Shown here: piece by piece, positions 39,272-51,513 of the stretch | Position numbering within the stretch: position 1 is the stretch's first letter | Layout: every line of letters begins with the position of its first letter | From: Squalus acanthias | Lineage: Eukaryota | NCBI GenBank assembly: GCA_030390025.1 | Contig: CM059431.1 | Coordinates: 98,706,001 to 98,766,000 of the forward strand | DNA: 60,000 nucleotides | Direction: 5' to 3' | Position numbers and translations under genes: made by a program | The notes under the pieces: model-generated | Database searches by the model: none | The model's input: only the letters and a program-made list of their open reading frames with translations | What the model was told of the DNA's origin: nothing

Positions 39272-40222
39272 ATTAAAAAGCGGAGAAACTACGCCATGTT
39301 CTTCGCAGCCTTCAACATGTCATCGATGACGACGAACACCTTGCTAAGGCCATCCCCACGCCTCCACTACTCGCCTTCAAGCAGCCGCCTAACCTCAAAA
39401 GTACCATCGTTCGCAGCAAATTACCCAGCTGTCAGGAGAACAGCGACCACGACACCACACAACCCTGCCACGGCAACCTCTGCAAGACATGCCAGATCAT
39501 GAACACAGATACCATCATCACACGTGAGGACACTACCCACCAGGTACATGGTACATACTCATGTGACTCAGCCAACGTTGTCTACCTCATACGTTGCAGG
39601 AAAGGATGCCCCGGAGCATGGTACATCGGCGAGACCATGCAGACACTGAGACAACGTATGAACGGACACCGCGCAACAATCGCCAGGCAGGATTGTTACC
39701 TCCCAGTCGGGGAACACTTCAGCAGTCAAGGACATTCAGCCTCGGATCTGCGGGTTAGCGTTCTCCAAGGCGGCCTTCGAGATAATCGACAACGCAAAAT
39801 CATCGAGCAGAAACTGATAGCCAAGTTCCGCACCCATGAGGACGGCCTCAATAGGGATCTCGGGTTCATGTCACGCTACAGAACATGACTCGACATCGTT
39901 GTCTGTCTTTCCAGTTAAAAAAAAACACAAAAAAAACCCAAAAAAACAAACAAAAAAAAGTTAGGAGCTCAACTGCAGACGGCAGCATTTGACACGTTGG
40001 ACCCCCTGTGACCCACCTCATTGTCTTGGCTGTGCTCTGATGTTTCTTTGATGTAGTGCCTTCCTGACGGATTCTATCTCTGCAGACAAGTCGCTCTCTG
40101 TGTATATATACTGTGTATTAGATTCCCTCACTGTACCTCTACCTGACGAAGGAGCAGCAGCTCCGAAAGCTCGTAATTTTAAGTAAAACTGTTGGACTAT
40201 AACCTGGTGTTGTGCGACTTCT
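39272..40222 (+). mobile_element. Penelope-like element (Neptune-type), 5'-truncated, GIY-YIG endonuclease end
   Basis: Open frame 39280-39888 (AFKQPPNLK, CHGNLCKTC, VVYLIRC..YIGET...RMNGH...GLN); 15-bp TSD caatttaaaagaaga at 39257-39271 and 40223-40237. Confidence 0.92.
40140..40175 (+). ncRNA. Minimal type I hammerhead ribozyme motif
   Basis: tac-CTGACGA-a-GGAGC-agca-GCTCC-GAAA-gc-TC-gta: core, 5-bp stem II, palindromic AGCT stem III, 3-bp stem I. Confidence 0.75.
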
Positions 40223-40369
40223 CAATTTAAAAGAAGAGCAGGGGAGGTCTCCCCAGAGTCCTGGCCAATATTTATATCTCAACCAACATTAAAAAGGTCG
40301 TGAAAGATGTTGTATAAATGCAAGTCCTTTTTATTGCTGAAACGATCACCTGCCCTTCATCGCAAGGTT

Positions 40370-41340
40370 TGTGTTTAAAATGGTACCAATCAGTTTCTAT
40401 TGCCTCTCCTCAGTCTTCCTACCAAAATTTATCATTTCACACTTCTCTGCATTAAATTTCATCAGCCATGTGTCTGCCCATTTCCCCAGTCGGTTTGTTT
40501 TTCTGAAGTCTGTCACTATCCGCCTCACTGTTTACTACATTGCCAAGTTTCATGTCATCTGCAAACTTTGTAATTGTGCCCTGTATACCCAAGTCCAGGT
40601 CATTAATATATATTAAAAAGAGCAGTGGTCCTAATACCAACCCCTGGGGGACACCACTGTATACTTCCCGCCAGTCTGAAACACAACCTTTATAAAGCGC
40701 TAGTTAGGCCACAACTGGAGTATTGCGTCCAGTTCTGGTCACCACACTTTAGGAAGGATGTGAAGGCCCTTGAGAGGGTGCAGAGGAGATTTACCAGAAT
40801 GGTTCTGGGGATGGGTGATCTTAGCTACGAGGACAGGTTGGAGAAGCTGGATTTGTTTTCATTAGAGCAAAGGAGGTTGAGGGGTGATTTGATAGAGGTG
40901 TACAAGATTATGACGGGTTTGGATAGGCTAGACGGGGAAAGGCTGTTCCCACTAGTTGATGGTACAAGGACTAGGGGACACAGATTTAAGGTTCTGGGCA
41001 AGAGATACAGGGGGAATGTGAGGAAAAACTTTTTTACGCAGCGAGTGGTGAGGACCTGAAACTCGCTGCCAACGGAATGGTGGAAGCGGAGACACTCAAT
41101 GTTTTCAGGGGGAGACTGCATAGGCACTTGAGGGAAATAAACTTGCAGGGCTACGGGGATAGAGCGAGGGAATGGGAATAACTGGATTGCTCTGCAGAGA
41201 GCCGGCACGGACTCGATGGGCCGAATGGCCTCCTTCTGTGCCATTATGACTCTACTCTCTGCTTTCTGTCCCTTAGCCAATTTGTATCCATGCTGCCACT
41301 GCCCCTTTAATCCCATGGGCTTTCATTTCACTAACAAGTA
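40370..41340. mobile_element. Minus-strand CR1 RT fragment split by a plus-strand CR1 3' piece (40684-41252)
   Basis: ORF 40452-40640 ([18 protein letters not shown]) on minus and ORF 40625-41059 on plus; the outer copy resumes at about 41253. Confidence 0.85.
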
Positions 41341-41979
41341 TAGGCAGGACTTGGCTCAGATTCACATAGTTATGTCAGGGAATAGAATAGTGACTGCACT
41401 CCAAAAAGAATTCAGCATGAGAAGTTCTTCAAAGCATTTAGATACCATTGTAAGACGTTATATAATTGCAACGATTTTAAGGGTCTGAAATTATCACTGG
41501 GCGTACTAAACAGCGCTTGCCCACAAACCCAACACACAGTTAGCACTATTGGGAATCTCTCCCTCAGGCTCAGCACCAAGATAATGCGGACAGGAGAACA
41601 GTTAAAAATTGAGATTGCAGGTAGCGAGATCTCGTCAAGGGGCAGACACTTGTGTATCCTGAACTGTTAGCCACAAAGTGGGTGAAAACCTTTCAGTGCC
41701 AAAGCAAGAGATTCCCCAAAATAAATGAAAACATGCTCCCTTTCTCACCAAACAGAACATCTCTACACTTCAAAATGTAATTCATTGAACGTGAACCCTT
41801 TGGGACATCCTGAGAGTGTGAGAAGGTATCCGGTAGTGTCTCCGCCTCTCTCTCCTCCTTTCAGACGCTCCTTAAAATCTACCTCTTTGACCAAGCTTTT
41901 GCTCACCTGCCCCAATATCTCCTTATGTGACTCGGCAACAAATTTTGTCTGATTTACGCTCCTGTGAAACACCTCGGGA

Positions 41980-42956
41980 CATAAGAACAGAAGAAATAGG
42001 AGCAGGAATAGGCCACTTGGCCCCTCGAGCCTGCTCCGCCATTCAATAAGATCATGGGCTCAAAGCCACTTCCCGCCCGCTCCCCATAACCTTCACTCCC
42101 TTATCTTGCAAAATCTGTCTATCTCCACCTTAAATGTATTTAATGACCCAGCCTCCACAGCACTCTGGGGTAGAGAATTCCACAGATTTACGACCCTCTG
42201 AGAGAAGAAATTCCTCCTCATCTCAGTTCTAAAAGGGCGACCCTTTATTCTGAAACTGTGCCCTCGAGTTCTAGATTTCCCCACGAGCGGAAACATCCTC
42301 TCTGCATCTACCTTGTCGAGCCCCCTCAGTATCTTATATGTTTCGATAAGATCACCTCTCATTCTACTAAATTCCAATGAGTATAGGCCCAGCCTGCTCA
42401 ATCTTTCTTCATAAGTCAACCCCCTCATCTCTGGAATTAACCTCGTGAATCGTCTCTGAACTGCCTCCAATGCAAGTATATCCTTCCTTAGATAAGGAGA
42501 CCAAAACTGTATGCAGTACTCAAGGTGTGGTCTCACCAATACCCTGTACAGTTGTAGCAGGACTTCCCTGCTTTTATACTCCAACCCCCTTGCAATAAAG
42601 GCCAACATTCCATTTGCCTTTTTGATTACTTGCTGTACCTGCATGCTACCTTTTTGTGTTTCATGCACAAGGACCCCCAGGTCCCTCTGAACTGTAGCAT
42701 TTTGTAATCTCTCTCCATTTAAATAATAATTTGCTTTTTTATTTTTCCTGCCAAAGTGGATAACCTCGCACTTTCCCACATTATACTCCATCTGCCAAAT
42801 GTCTGCTCACTCACTTAGCCTGTCTACATCTCTTTGCAGGTTCTTTGAGTCCTCTGCACAACTTGCTTTCCCACCCATCTTTGTATCATCCACAAACTTG
42901 GCTACAGTACACTCAGTCCCTTCATCCAAGTCATTAATGTAGATTGTAAATAGTTG
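41980..42956 (-). mobile_element. CR1 3' fragment inserted in an L2 tail (41835-41979 + 42957-43010)
   Basis: ORF 42093-42791; same subfamily as 31433-32420. Confidence 0.9.
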
Positions 42957-43551
42957 ACGTTTCACTACGTTTAAGGCGCCATATAAATGCAAGTTGCTGT
43001 CGTTGTTGTTGACGACGACAACAATAAGGTTAATGGAAAATGGTTAGCGCTATTTGCGCAAGTGAAACGAATTAAATGTGGGCGGTCTCAGTGGGATGGA
43101 ACCCGTTTTGTGATAACGCCGTTTTCTACTAAAATTAGTGCAAGTGGGTAAAATAGTGTCGCCGTAGCAATATCTAGTGGACAACACTGCTCTAAAATAA
43201 AAGCGTTAGTCCGACTTCTCACTGCTCGTCCTGAGAGACAGACCACCTGCAGTTTACAGGAACACGGTAAATGTCAGATTGAGGGGAGTCCAAGCCACAC
43301 AACAACCGGACAGGATTATCCAGGAATAGAGAAGTATCTTAATGGCAGAGAATAGGGGAAGGGGCAAAAGAGTGAAGCAGAAACGTTGAGAGAAAAGAGG
43401 GCAGGGCCAGCCATGTCTGATGCAATAACAGCTGGTCTGTGGAGAGCACAGGCAAAGCAGAGGCACAATCGATGCTGCTTTGGTTATTGTATAGACAGAG
43501 GGAGACAGAGAGGGAGAGAGGAGGAGGGAGACAGAGGGAGAGAGGAGGAGG

Positions 43552-44051
43552 NNNNNNNNNNNNNNNNNNNNNNNNNNNNNNNNNNNNNNNNNNNNNNNNN
43601 NNNNNNNNNNNNNNNNNNNNNNNNNNNNNNNNNNNNNNNNNNNNNNNNNNNNNNNNNNNNNNNNNNNNNNNNNNNNNNNNNNNNNNNNNNNNNNNNNNNN
43701 NNNNNNNNNNNNNNNNNNNNNNNNNNNNNNNNNNNNNNNNNNNNNNNNNNNNNNNNNNNNNNNNNNNNNNNNNNNNNNNNNNNNNNNNNNNNNNNNNNNN
43801 NNNNNNNNNNNNNNNNNNNNNNNNNNNNNNNNNNNNNNNNNNNNNNNNNNNNNNNNNNNNNNNNNNNNNNNNNNNNNNNNNNNNNNNNNNNNNNNNNNNN
43901 NNNNNNNNNNNNNNNNNNNNNNNNNNNNNNNNNNNNNNNNNNNNNNNNNNNNNNNNNNNNNNNNNNNNNNNNNNNNNNNNNNNNNNNNNNNNNNNNNNNN
44001 NNNNNNNNNNNNNNNNNNNNNNNNNNNNNNNNNNNNNNNNNNNNNNNNNNN
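43552..44051. other. Assembly gap (500 N)
   Basis: Run of N preceded by a GA-rich repeat. Confidence 0.99.
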
Positions 44052-44234
44052 TAGAGGTGCTGCAACACCCAAACTGGGTGGCGTGGGGGTAATTACAGCA
44101 CAAGTTTCATTATAAATTCCTAATGTAGGCATTTTATAAATGGGTGGGTGGGGGAGACTGACTGACTGGGAAATGTGTGCAGATGTTGCAATAGGATATA
44201 CACGAGCATCTATTGAGTGCATGTTGTGCAGTTT

Positions 44235-44555
44235 TGAGAGTCAATAAGGAGAAACTGTTTCCAGTGGCAGGAGGGTCGGTAACCAGAGGACACAGATTGA
44301 AGATAATTGGCAAAAGAACCAGAGGGGAGATGAGAATTTTTACGCAGCGAGTTGTTGTGATCTGGAATGCGCTGCCTGAAAGGGTGGTGGAAGCAGATTC
44401 AATAATAACTTTCAAAAGGGAATTGGATAAATACTTAAAGGAAAAATGTACAGGGCTATGGGGAAAGAGCAGGGGGAGTGGGACTAATTGGAGAGCTCTT
44501 TCAAAGAGCTGGCACAGGCACGATGGGTCGAATGGCCTCCTACTGTGCTGCTAGA
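44235..44555 (+). mobile_element. CR1 3' end
   Basis: ORF 44213-44554 (EKLFP...FTQRVVVIWNALPE). Confidence 0.85.
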
Positions 44556-45156
44556 TTCAGTGACTCTATGATCACTATTTGATACAGGCAGTTCAAAGTG
44601 TAAAATGTTGCTTTGTGTGTGGGCTGTATCGCAATTGCCCCAGGGTAAGGGGGCTGTATTAGAATAGTTTCTGTTAACCGTGTGATCATCATGGCTGGGA
44701 ATTTTTTTTTTGCCAGGTATTCTTGGCTGCTTTCCCACTTGATGATGATTAATGCTGTTTCATTGTGGTTTGCATTCAATGATATGAGCCTGAAAATTGT
44801 GAAATCCTCTCCTGTTCCAATCAATCATGTGCAACATTCTGGTCGGTCAATCAATCCCGCCCCTTCTGTACCCGCCCCTTCTGTGTTGGGAAGTGGAGAG
44901 TCTCCATTTGGGGCGTATTGTCTATCTCATTACATATCTAGTTTTACACCAAGAGTTTTTCCTGCATTGACCTGTGGTTGAAGGTCTGGTTCCTTTACGA
45001 CTCTGATTTGAATTATAAATTCTATTTCTATAAACTGCACATTCCAGTTAATTGAATACAATAGCAAAATACTGCGGATGCTGGAAATCTGAAATAACAA
45101 CAGAAAATGCTGGAAACACTCAGCAGGCCAGGCAGCATCCGTGGAGAGAAAAACAG

Positions 45157-45193
45157 AGTTAACGTTTCAGGTCTGGGACCCTTCATCAGAACT
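45157..45193 (-). ncRNA. Minimal hammerhead ribozyme motif
   Basis: Reverse complement reads agtt-CTGATGA-agggtcccagacct-GAAA-cg-TT-aact. Confidence 0.75.
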
Positions 45194-46321
45194 GGAAAAA
45201 GCTGGAGATGTAACAGATATTAAGCAGGTGCAGAGACAGGGGGGGGGTTTAGGAGGGGAGGAAGGAGATGAAAGAACATTCTGTGCTTATGTAAGAGGCA
45301 GGAAAGGTAAAATGTTGCAAATGGGAATGGCAAAATCATACAGCATGAAAAATGGGGGCAGGGATTATTGTCTGAAATTGTTGAACTCGATGTTAAGTCC
45401 GGAAGGTTGTAAAGTGCCTCATCGAAAGATGAGGTGCTGTTCCTCGAACTTACGTTGAGCTTCATTGGAACAATGTAATAGGCCGAGGACAGAGAGATCA
45501 GAGTGGGAGTGAAGCGGAGAATTAAAGTGACAGGCTACTGGAAGCTCAGGGTCACCCTTACGGACTGAACGGAGGTGTTCCGCAAAGCGGTCACCCAATC
45601 TGCGTTTGGTCTCCCCAATGTAGAGGAGACCGCATCGTGAGCAGCGAATACAGTATATTAAATTGCAAGAAGTACAAGTAAATCGCTGTTTCACCTGGAA
45701 GGGGTGTTTGGGGTCCTGGACAGTGGGAAGGGAGGAGGTAAAAGGGCATGTGTTGCATCTCCTGCGCTTGCACGGGAAGGTGCCAGGCGAAGGAGAAGGG
45801 CTGTTAGGGGTGATTGAGGAGTGGACCAGGGTGTCGCGGAGGGAGCGGTCCCTTCGGAATGCTGAAAGGGGAGGTGAGGGGAAGATGTGTTTGGTGGTGG
45901 GATCACGTTGGAGATGGCGGAAATGGCGGAGGATTATCTGTTGAATGTGGAGGCTGGTGGGATGACCTGAGCTTCCGGTCGCCTGTCCGTTTAATTCTCT
46001 GCTTCACTCCCACTCTGATCTCTCTGCCCTCGGCCTATTACATTGTTCCAATGAAGCTCAACGTAAGCTCGAGGAACAGCACCTCATCTTTCGATTAGGC
46101 ACTTTACAGCCTTCCGGGCTCAACATTGAGTTCAACAATTTCAGACGATAATCCCTGCCCCCATTTTTCATGCTGTATGATTTTGCCATTCCCATTTGCA
46201 ACATTTTACCTTTCCTGCCTCTTACATAAGCACAGTATGTTCTTTCAACTCCTTCCTCCCCTCCTAAACCGCCCCCTGTCTCTGCACCTGCTTAATATCT
46301 GTTACATCTCCAGCTTTTTCC

Positions 46322-46358
46322 AGTTCTGATGAAGGGTCCCAGACCTGAAACGTTAACT
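46322..46358 (+). ncRNA. Minimal hammerhead ribozyme motif
   Basis: agtt-CTGATGA-agggtcccagacct-GAAA-cg-TT-aact; stem I agtt/aact. Confidence 0.75.
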
Positions 46359-46832
46359 ATGTTTCTCTCTCCACGGATGCTGCCTGGCCTGCTGAGTATT
46401 TCCAGCATTTTCTGTTGTTATTCCAGTTAATTGAATGTTGGTCCTTTTTAAATAAAAAGATGCAATTTCCACTTTTTTTAATGTATTCAAATTGGTTTCA
46501 TTTTAAAACTGGAAATGTCCCTCTAATTCCCCCCCCCCTCCCCCAGTTCTATTACTTGACAAACTCGTGATCAACTTAGTTTTGATGCCTCATGTGAATT
46601 TTCTTCTCCTCTTTCTCTGTCTCTCTCTCTGAAGGATTCCTTTCTCAGCATCTCTTTTTTTTTCAAGACCTAGCTGAGGTCAAGAATTTGCTACGTGACA
46701 CTTTTGTAAAGATCAATCTGCTTCTTGGCAGCATTGCAATGAGGTGGTGATGCTGCTGTTGCCCACACAGCTTCATAATTAGTTGGCTCGCAATTTCCAA
46801 TCGCACTACACAGCAGGGCCCTCCAATATTTT

Positions 46833-47621
46833 ATAATAGAAACAGGAAATGCTGGAAACACTCAGCAGGTCAGGCAGCATCTGTAGAGACAAACAGAGTT
46901 AACGTTTCAGGTCTGGGACCTTTTGTCAGAACTGGAAAAAGTTAGAGATGTAACAGGTTTTAAGCAAGGGGAGAGGGGGCAGGGGAGGAAAGAACAAAAG
47001 GGAAGGTCTGTGATAGGGTGGAAGGGAGGAGAGATTAAATGACAAAAGGGATGATAGTATAAAGCAGAAGGAGATGGTAATGGGACAAGTAAAGAAACAA
47101 AAGATGGGTCTGGAGGAGGTGTAAATGGGAATGGCAGAATCATCAACAGCTGCCGACTGGAAAAAATAGGGGCCGAGGTTAGAGGTTATGGTCTGAAATT
47201 GTTGAACTCGATGTTGAGTCCAGAAGGCTGTCAAGTGCCTAATAGAAAGACGAGATGCTGTTCCTTGAGCTTATGTTGAGCTTCATTGGAACAGTGTAAG
47301 AGGCCGAGGACGGAGAGGTCAGAGTGGGAATGGAGCGGAGAATTAAAATGACAGGTGACCGGAAGCTCGGGGTCCCCCTTACGGACTGAACGGAGGTGTT
47401 CCGCAAAGCGGTCACCCAATCTGTGTTTAGTCTCCCCAATGTAGAGGAGACTACGTCATGAGCAGCGAATACAGTATACTAAATTGCAAGAGGTACAACT
47501 AAATTGCTGTTTCACCTGGAAGGGGTGTTTGGGGCCCTGGACAATGGGAAGGGAGGAGGTAGAAGGGCAGGTGTTGCATCTTCTGCGTTTGCACGGGAAG
47601 GTGCTGTGGGAAGGGGAGGGG
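46833..47621 (-). mobile_element. Penelope-like element 3' fragment (hammerhead core mutated to CTGACAA)
   Basis: GIY-YIG remnants (ORF 47231-47419); 12-bp TSD ctccaatatttt at 46821-46832 and 47622-47633. Confidence 0.88.
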
Positions 47622-48579
47622 CTCCAATATTTTGTCCCTCAAGCCACACTTTTATGTGGCTCCATGCTACAAACAAGTTTAATTCCTGTTCCATTAATTC
47701 CCAGATATCTCAAGTTTCAGATCTTTGGTGTACTGATTTTAGAATTTATTTACCAGCCTCTCAAAAGTCAAATAGGCAAACCAGCAGATAAGAAACATAA
47801 GCTCAATTAAGACTTGAGTTATCCAGTTTCAAGGGTCAGATTGTCAGGGTTCAAGGTTGCAGTTTGGACATCCCCCACTCTACAGAATTCAGCCCAGGAT
47901 CTGTTACTGGTCCAGGAAATGCATTAAATTCTTATCGCTGTCGCAACAACACTCAGTGCATTTGTACATAATTATATTAATCTCAAATAGGGCGAAAACT
48001 TTTCTAAAAAGTTGGTTGTGAAGCAATCTGGTTGAATTGTTGACCAGACGTGGTGTAAAGGAAGACCCTCTAACTCGGGCTGTTTGTTATTGGAGGGGTG
48101 GGTGACATTTTCACTGGAGGGAGTGCAAAACAGGCGGTGGTGGATCAGCTGCCTGATACCCGCCTTCCTGCCTGATGATTCTTTCCATTGAAGACAAATG
48201 GAAAGTAAAGTCGGTGGGGTGTGTAATAGGGGGCCGGTCCAGTACAGGCAGTTTGCACCCCTCCTCCCAAATGCTTCTCTGACCTTGCCCCACCCCACCC
48301 TACCTTGGTGTCCTTTGCTCCTCAGACACTGGCTTATTCCTTGTTCCCTATTCTCTCTCGTTCACCATTGGCTCCTTTCAGCCATCATGCCTCAAGCTCG
48401 GGAAGGAAAGCAGGGAGATCCGAAGTCTTGGTGGTTTTCTTTACCTCTTCTTGCAGTGCTGTTCCTCCAATTTCATCTACCTACCCTTCTCTTTCCCTCT
48501 GTCCTTTTTTTAAAAAAAAATTAACGTCTTCATATGACGCATCCTGAGATATTTTCTGATGTGAGGGATACTATATTAC

Positions 48580-49044
48580 CTAGAATGTACAGCACAGAAA
48601 TAGGCCATTCGGCCCAACTGGTCCGTGCCGGTGTTTATGCTCCACACGAGCCTCCTCCCACCCCTCTTCAACTCACCCTATCAGCATATCCTTCTATTCC
48701 TTTCTCCCTCATGTGTTTATCCAGCTTCCCCTTAAATGCATCTTTGCTATTCGCCTCAACCACTCCCTGTGGTAGCGAGTTCCACATTCTCACCACTCTC
48801 TGGGTAAAGAAGTTTCTCCTGAATTCCTTATTGGATTTATTAGTGACTATCTTGTATTTTTGGCCCCTAGTTCTGGTCTCCCCCACAAGTGGAAACATCT
48901 TCTCCACGTCTACCCTATCAAACTCCTTCATAATTTTTAAAGACCTCGATCAGGTCACCCCTCAGCCTTCTCTTTTCTAGAGGAAAAGAGCCCCAGCCTG
49001 TTCAGTCTTTCCTGGGGCATATATCCTCTCAGTTCTGGTATCAT
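48580..49044 (-). mobile_element. CR1 3' fragment
   Basis: ORF 48668-48931 (FFTQRVVRMWNSLP). Confidence 0.85.
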
Positions 49045-49045
49045 A

Positions 49046-49275
49046 GGGAACGGTAGCATAGTGGTTATGTTATTGGACTGGTAATCCAGAGGCCTGGACC
49101 AATGATCTGGAGACGTGGGTTCACATCCCAGCAGCTGGGGAATTTAAATTCAGTTAATTAAAAAGCTAGTATCAGTAATGGTGATCATATAACTACCTCA
49201 TTGTCATAAAAACCCATAATGTCCTTTTTTAGGGCAGGAAATCTGCTGCGCTTACCCAGTCTGGCCTATATGTTG
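49046..49275 (+). mobile_element. Third tRNA-derived SINE family; related remnants near 21190-21440, 27556-27670 and 28500-28710
   Basis: gcatagtggttatgttattggactggtaatccagag...gggttcacatccc head; ggaaatctgctgcgcttacccagtctggcctatatgt body. Confidence 0.6.
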
Positions 49276-49281
49276 CAATAT

Positions 49282-49841
49282 AGAGTCATAATGGCACAGA
49301 AGGAGGCCATTAGGCCCATCGAGTCCGTGCCAGCTCTCTGTAGAGCAATCCAGTCAGTCCTGCTCTATCCCCGTAGCCCTGCAAGTTTATTTCCCTCAAG
49401 TGCCTATCCAGTCTCCCCTTGAAAACATTGAGTGTCTCCGCTTCCACCACTTCCGTCGGCAGCGAGTTCCAGGTCATCACCACTCGCTGCGTTAAAAAAG
49501 TTTTTCCTCACATCCCTGTATCTCTTGCCCAAAACCTTAAATCTGTGTCCCCTAGTCCTTGTACCATCAACTAGTGGGAACAGCCTTTCCCCGTCTAGCC
49601 TATCCAAACCCGTCATAATCTTGTACACCTCTATCAAATCGCCCCTCAACCTCCTTTGCTCTAATGAAAACAAATCCAGCTTCTCCAACCTTCCATGTAG
49701 CTAAGATCCCCCATCCCTGGAACCATTCTGGTAAATCTCCTCTGCACCCTCTCAAGGGCCTTCACATCCTTCCTAAAGTGTGGTGACCAGAACTGGACAC
49801 AATACTCCAGTTGTGGCCTAACCAGTGCTTTATAAAGGTTG
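49282..49841 (-). mobile_element. CR1 3' fragment, close relative of 40684-41252
   Basis: Near-identical peptides ([40 protein letters not shown]). Confidence 0.9.
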
Positions 49842-50604
49842 ACGCTTACCTGCCCTTTGAAATGGCAAGCCACTTGGTTAAAGGCAATTGGGGATGGGCA
49901 ATAAATGCAGGCCTTGCCAGCGATGCCCGTATCCTGTGAATGAATTAAAAAAAAAAGAAAAATCATCCTTGTAAAGTCTTTTTGCACCTTCTCCGGTGCC
50001 TCTATACCCTTTTTTGTAATGATGGAGACCAGAACTGTGCTCCCAAGTATATGAATGCAGGAATTTGGTATTTGGGTGTCTGTCCTGCCCTCTGTGCCCA
50101 TTAATCTTTTTTATGTGAAACAACTTCTTGTTAAATTCTGTTTTATCGTGTGACTAGTTTCCAGCAAAGCAATTAGTTTCTTACAGATTTGATGGGGTGC
50201 TAGCAGTAAAAAAAGAAATGTACTTGTACCAAAAAAATCTCCTGTTTCTTCTACAGTGACAATAATGGGCTTATCCTACCAAGGCATCCTATTGCAAGCA
50301 CGGGAACCGAATGGTAACACTGCGATCGGTACGTGGTCAACGCCACCAGTGAATACCAAAAATATAACGGTACGAACAATTTGTATGTCAATACTGCATT
50401 TATAATTAATCTAATAATGGTCCCACCATTTCAAGATTGTCAAAAAAGGAGCTTTTGCTCTTGCTGTAGGTTTTGACATATTGGTGCTTTCGTATCTTCC
50501 CTTGGAGAAGAGCATGAAGTAGCAGGAAGGATTCGCGGGCTGATTAACAGTCTGACAGGTCGCGATGTGAGCTTTATCTTTATACCAGCCCATTTTGGGG
50601 TGAG

Positions 50605-50870
50605 AAAGACTTGCATTTCTCCAGCGCCTTTCACAACCACCGGACGTCTCAAAGCGCTTTACAGCCAATGAAGTGTAGTCACTGTTGTAATGTGGGAAAC
50701 GCAGCAGCCAATTTGTGCACAGCAAGCTCCCACAAACAGCAATGTGATAATGACCAGATAATCTATTTTAGTTATGTTGGTTGAGGGATAAATATTGGCC
50801 AGGACACCAGGAATAACTCCCCTACTCTTCTTCAAAATAGTACCATGGGATCTTTTATGTCCACCTGAGT
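50605..50870 (-). mobile_element. DeuSINE 3' half
   Basis: Tail and Deu core in reverse. Confidence 0.8.
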
Positions 50871-51476
50871 GTCTCATTCCTTCAGGTTGTGAATTGTTGT
50901 TGGAGATTAAAAAAATGTAATTTTTTTATTTTTTCTCTTTCTCTCTCTCTCAATCCAATCTTTCTTTTCTCTCTCTGTTTCTCTTTCTGTACCTGATTTG
51001 ACTCTAATTCACCTTATTTCCTTGTCAGTTCTTCCTTTAATCTTATTGGTTAAGGAGATAAACTGTTGGGTCTATTCAGAGGGATTTGAGGGTCCTTGTA
51101 CACAAATCACAGAAAGCTAACATGCAAGCAATTAGGAAGACAAATGGTATGTTAGCCTTTATTGAAAGGAGGCTTAAGTATAAGAATAAGGAAGTCTTGC
51201 TGCAACAATATAGGACTTTGGTGAGACCACACCTGGAGTACTGTGTGTAGTTTTGTTCTCTTTACCTAAGGAAGGATATACTTGCCTTGGAGGCGGTGCG
51301 ACGAAGGTTCACTAGATTGACTCCTGGGATGAGAGGGCTGTCCTATGAGGAGAGATTGAGTAGAATGGGCCTATACTCTCTGGAGTTTAGAAAAATGAGA
51401 GGTGATCTCATTGAAACGTATTACATTCTTGGAGGGCTTGACAGGGTAGAGACTATTTCTATGGAGAGAGAAACCG

Positions 51477-51513
51477 AGTTAACGTTTCAGGTCGAAGACC
51501 TTTCATCAGAACT
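51477..51513 (-). ncRNA. Minimal hammerhead ribozyme motif
   Basis: Reverse complement reads agtt-CTGATGA-a-AGGTC-ttc-GACCT-GAAA-cg-TT-aact. Confidence 0.78.

Larger units (their letters stand above)
38621..40328 (+). mobile_element. DeuSINE with 14 copies of the 33-bp repeat (38724-39183), split by a Penelope-like insertion
   Basis: The SINE body breaks at 39271 and resumes at 40223. Confidence 0.88.
45058..46419. mobile_element. Fold-back Penelope-like element (minus copy 45058-45965, inverted plus copy 45966-46419)
   Basis: GIY-YIG ORF 45419-45694 (LIYCIRCSRCGLLYIGETKRRLGDRFAEH); about 455-bp inverted arms; 17-bp TSD attccagttaattgaat at 45041-45057 and 46420-46436. Confidence 0.92.

Noticed and set aside
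43254..44222. ORFs spanning the N run
   Set aside because: Artefacts of translating the assembly gap.
46897..46933. Hammerhead-like motif (also 59356-59392)
   Set aside because: The catalytic core is mutated (CTGACAA / CTGACTA), so it is not called as a ribozyme.
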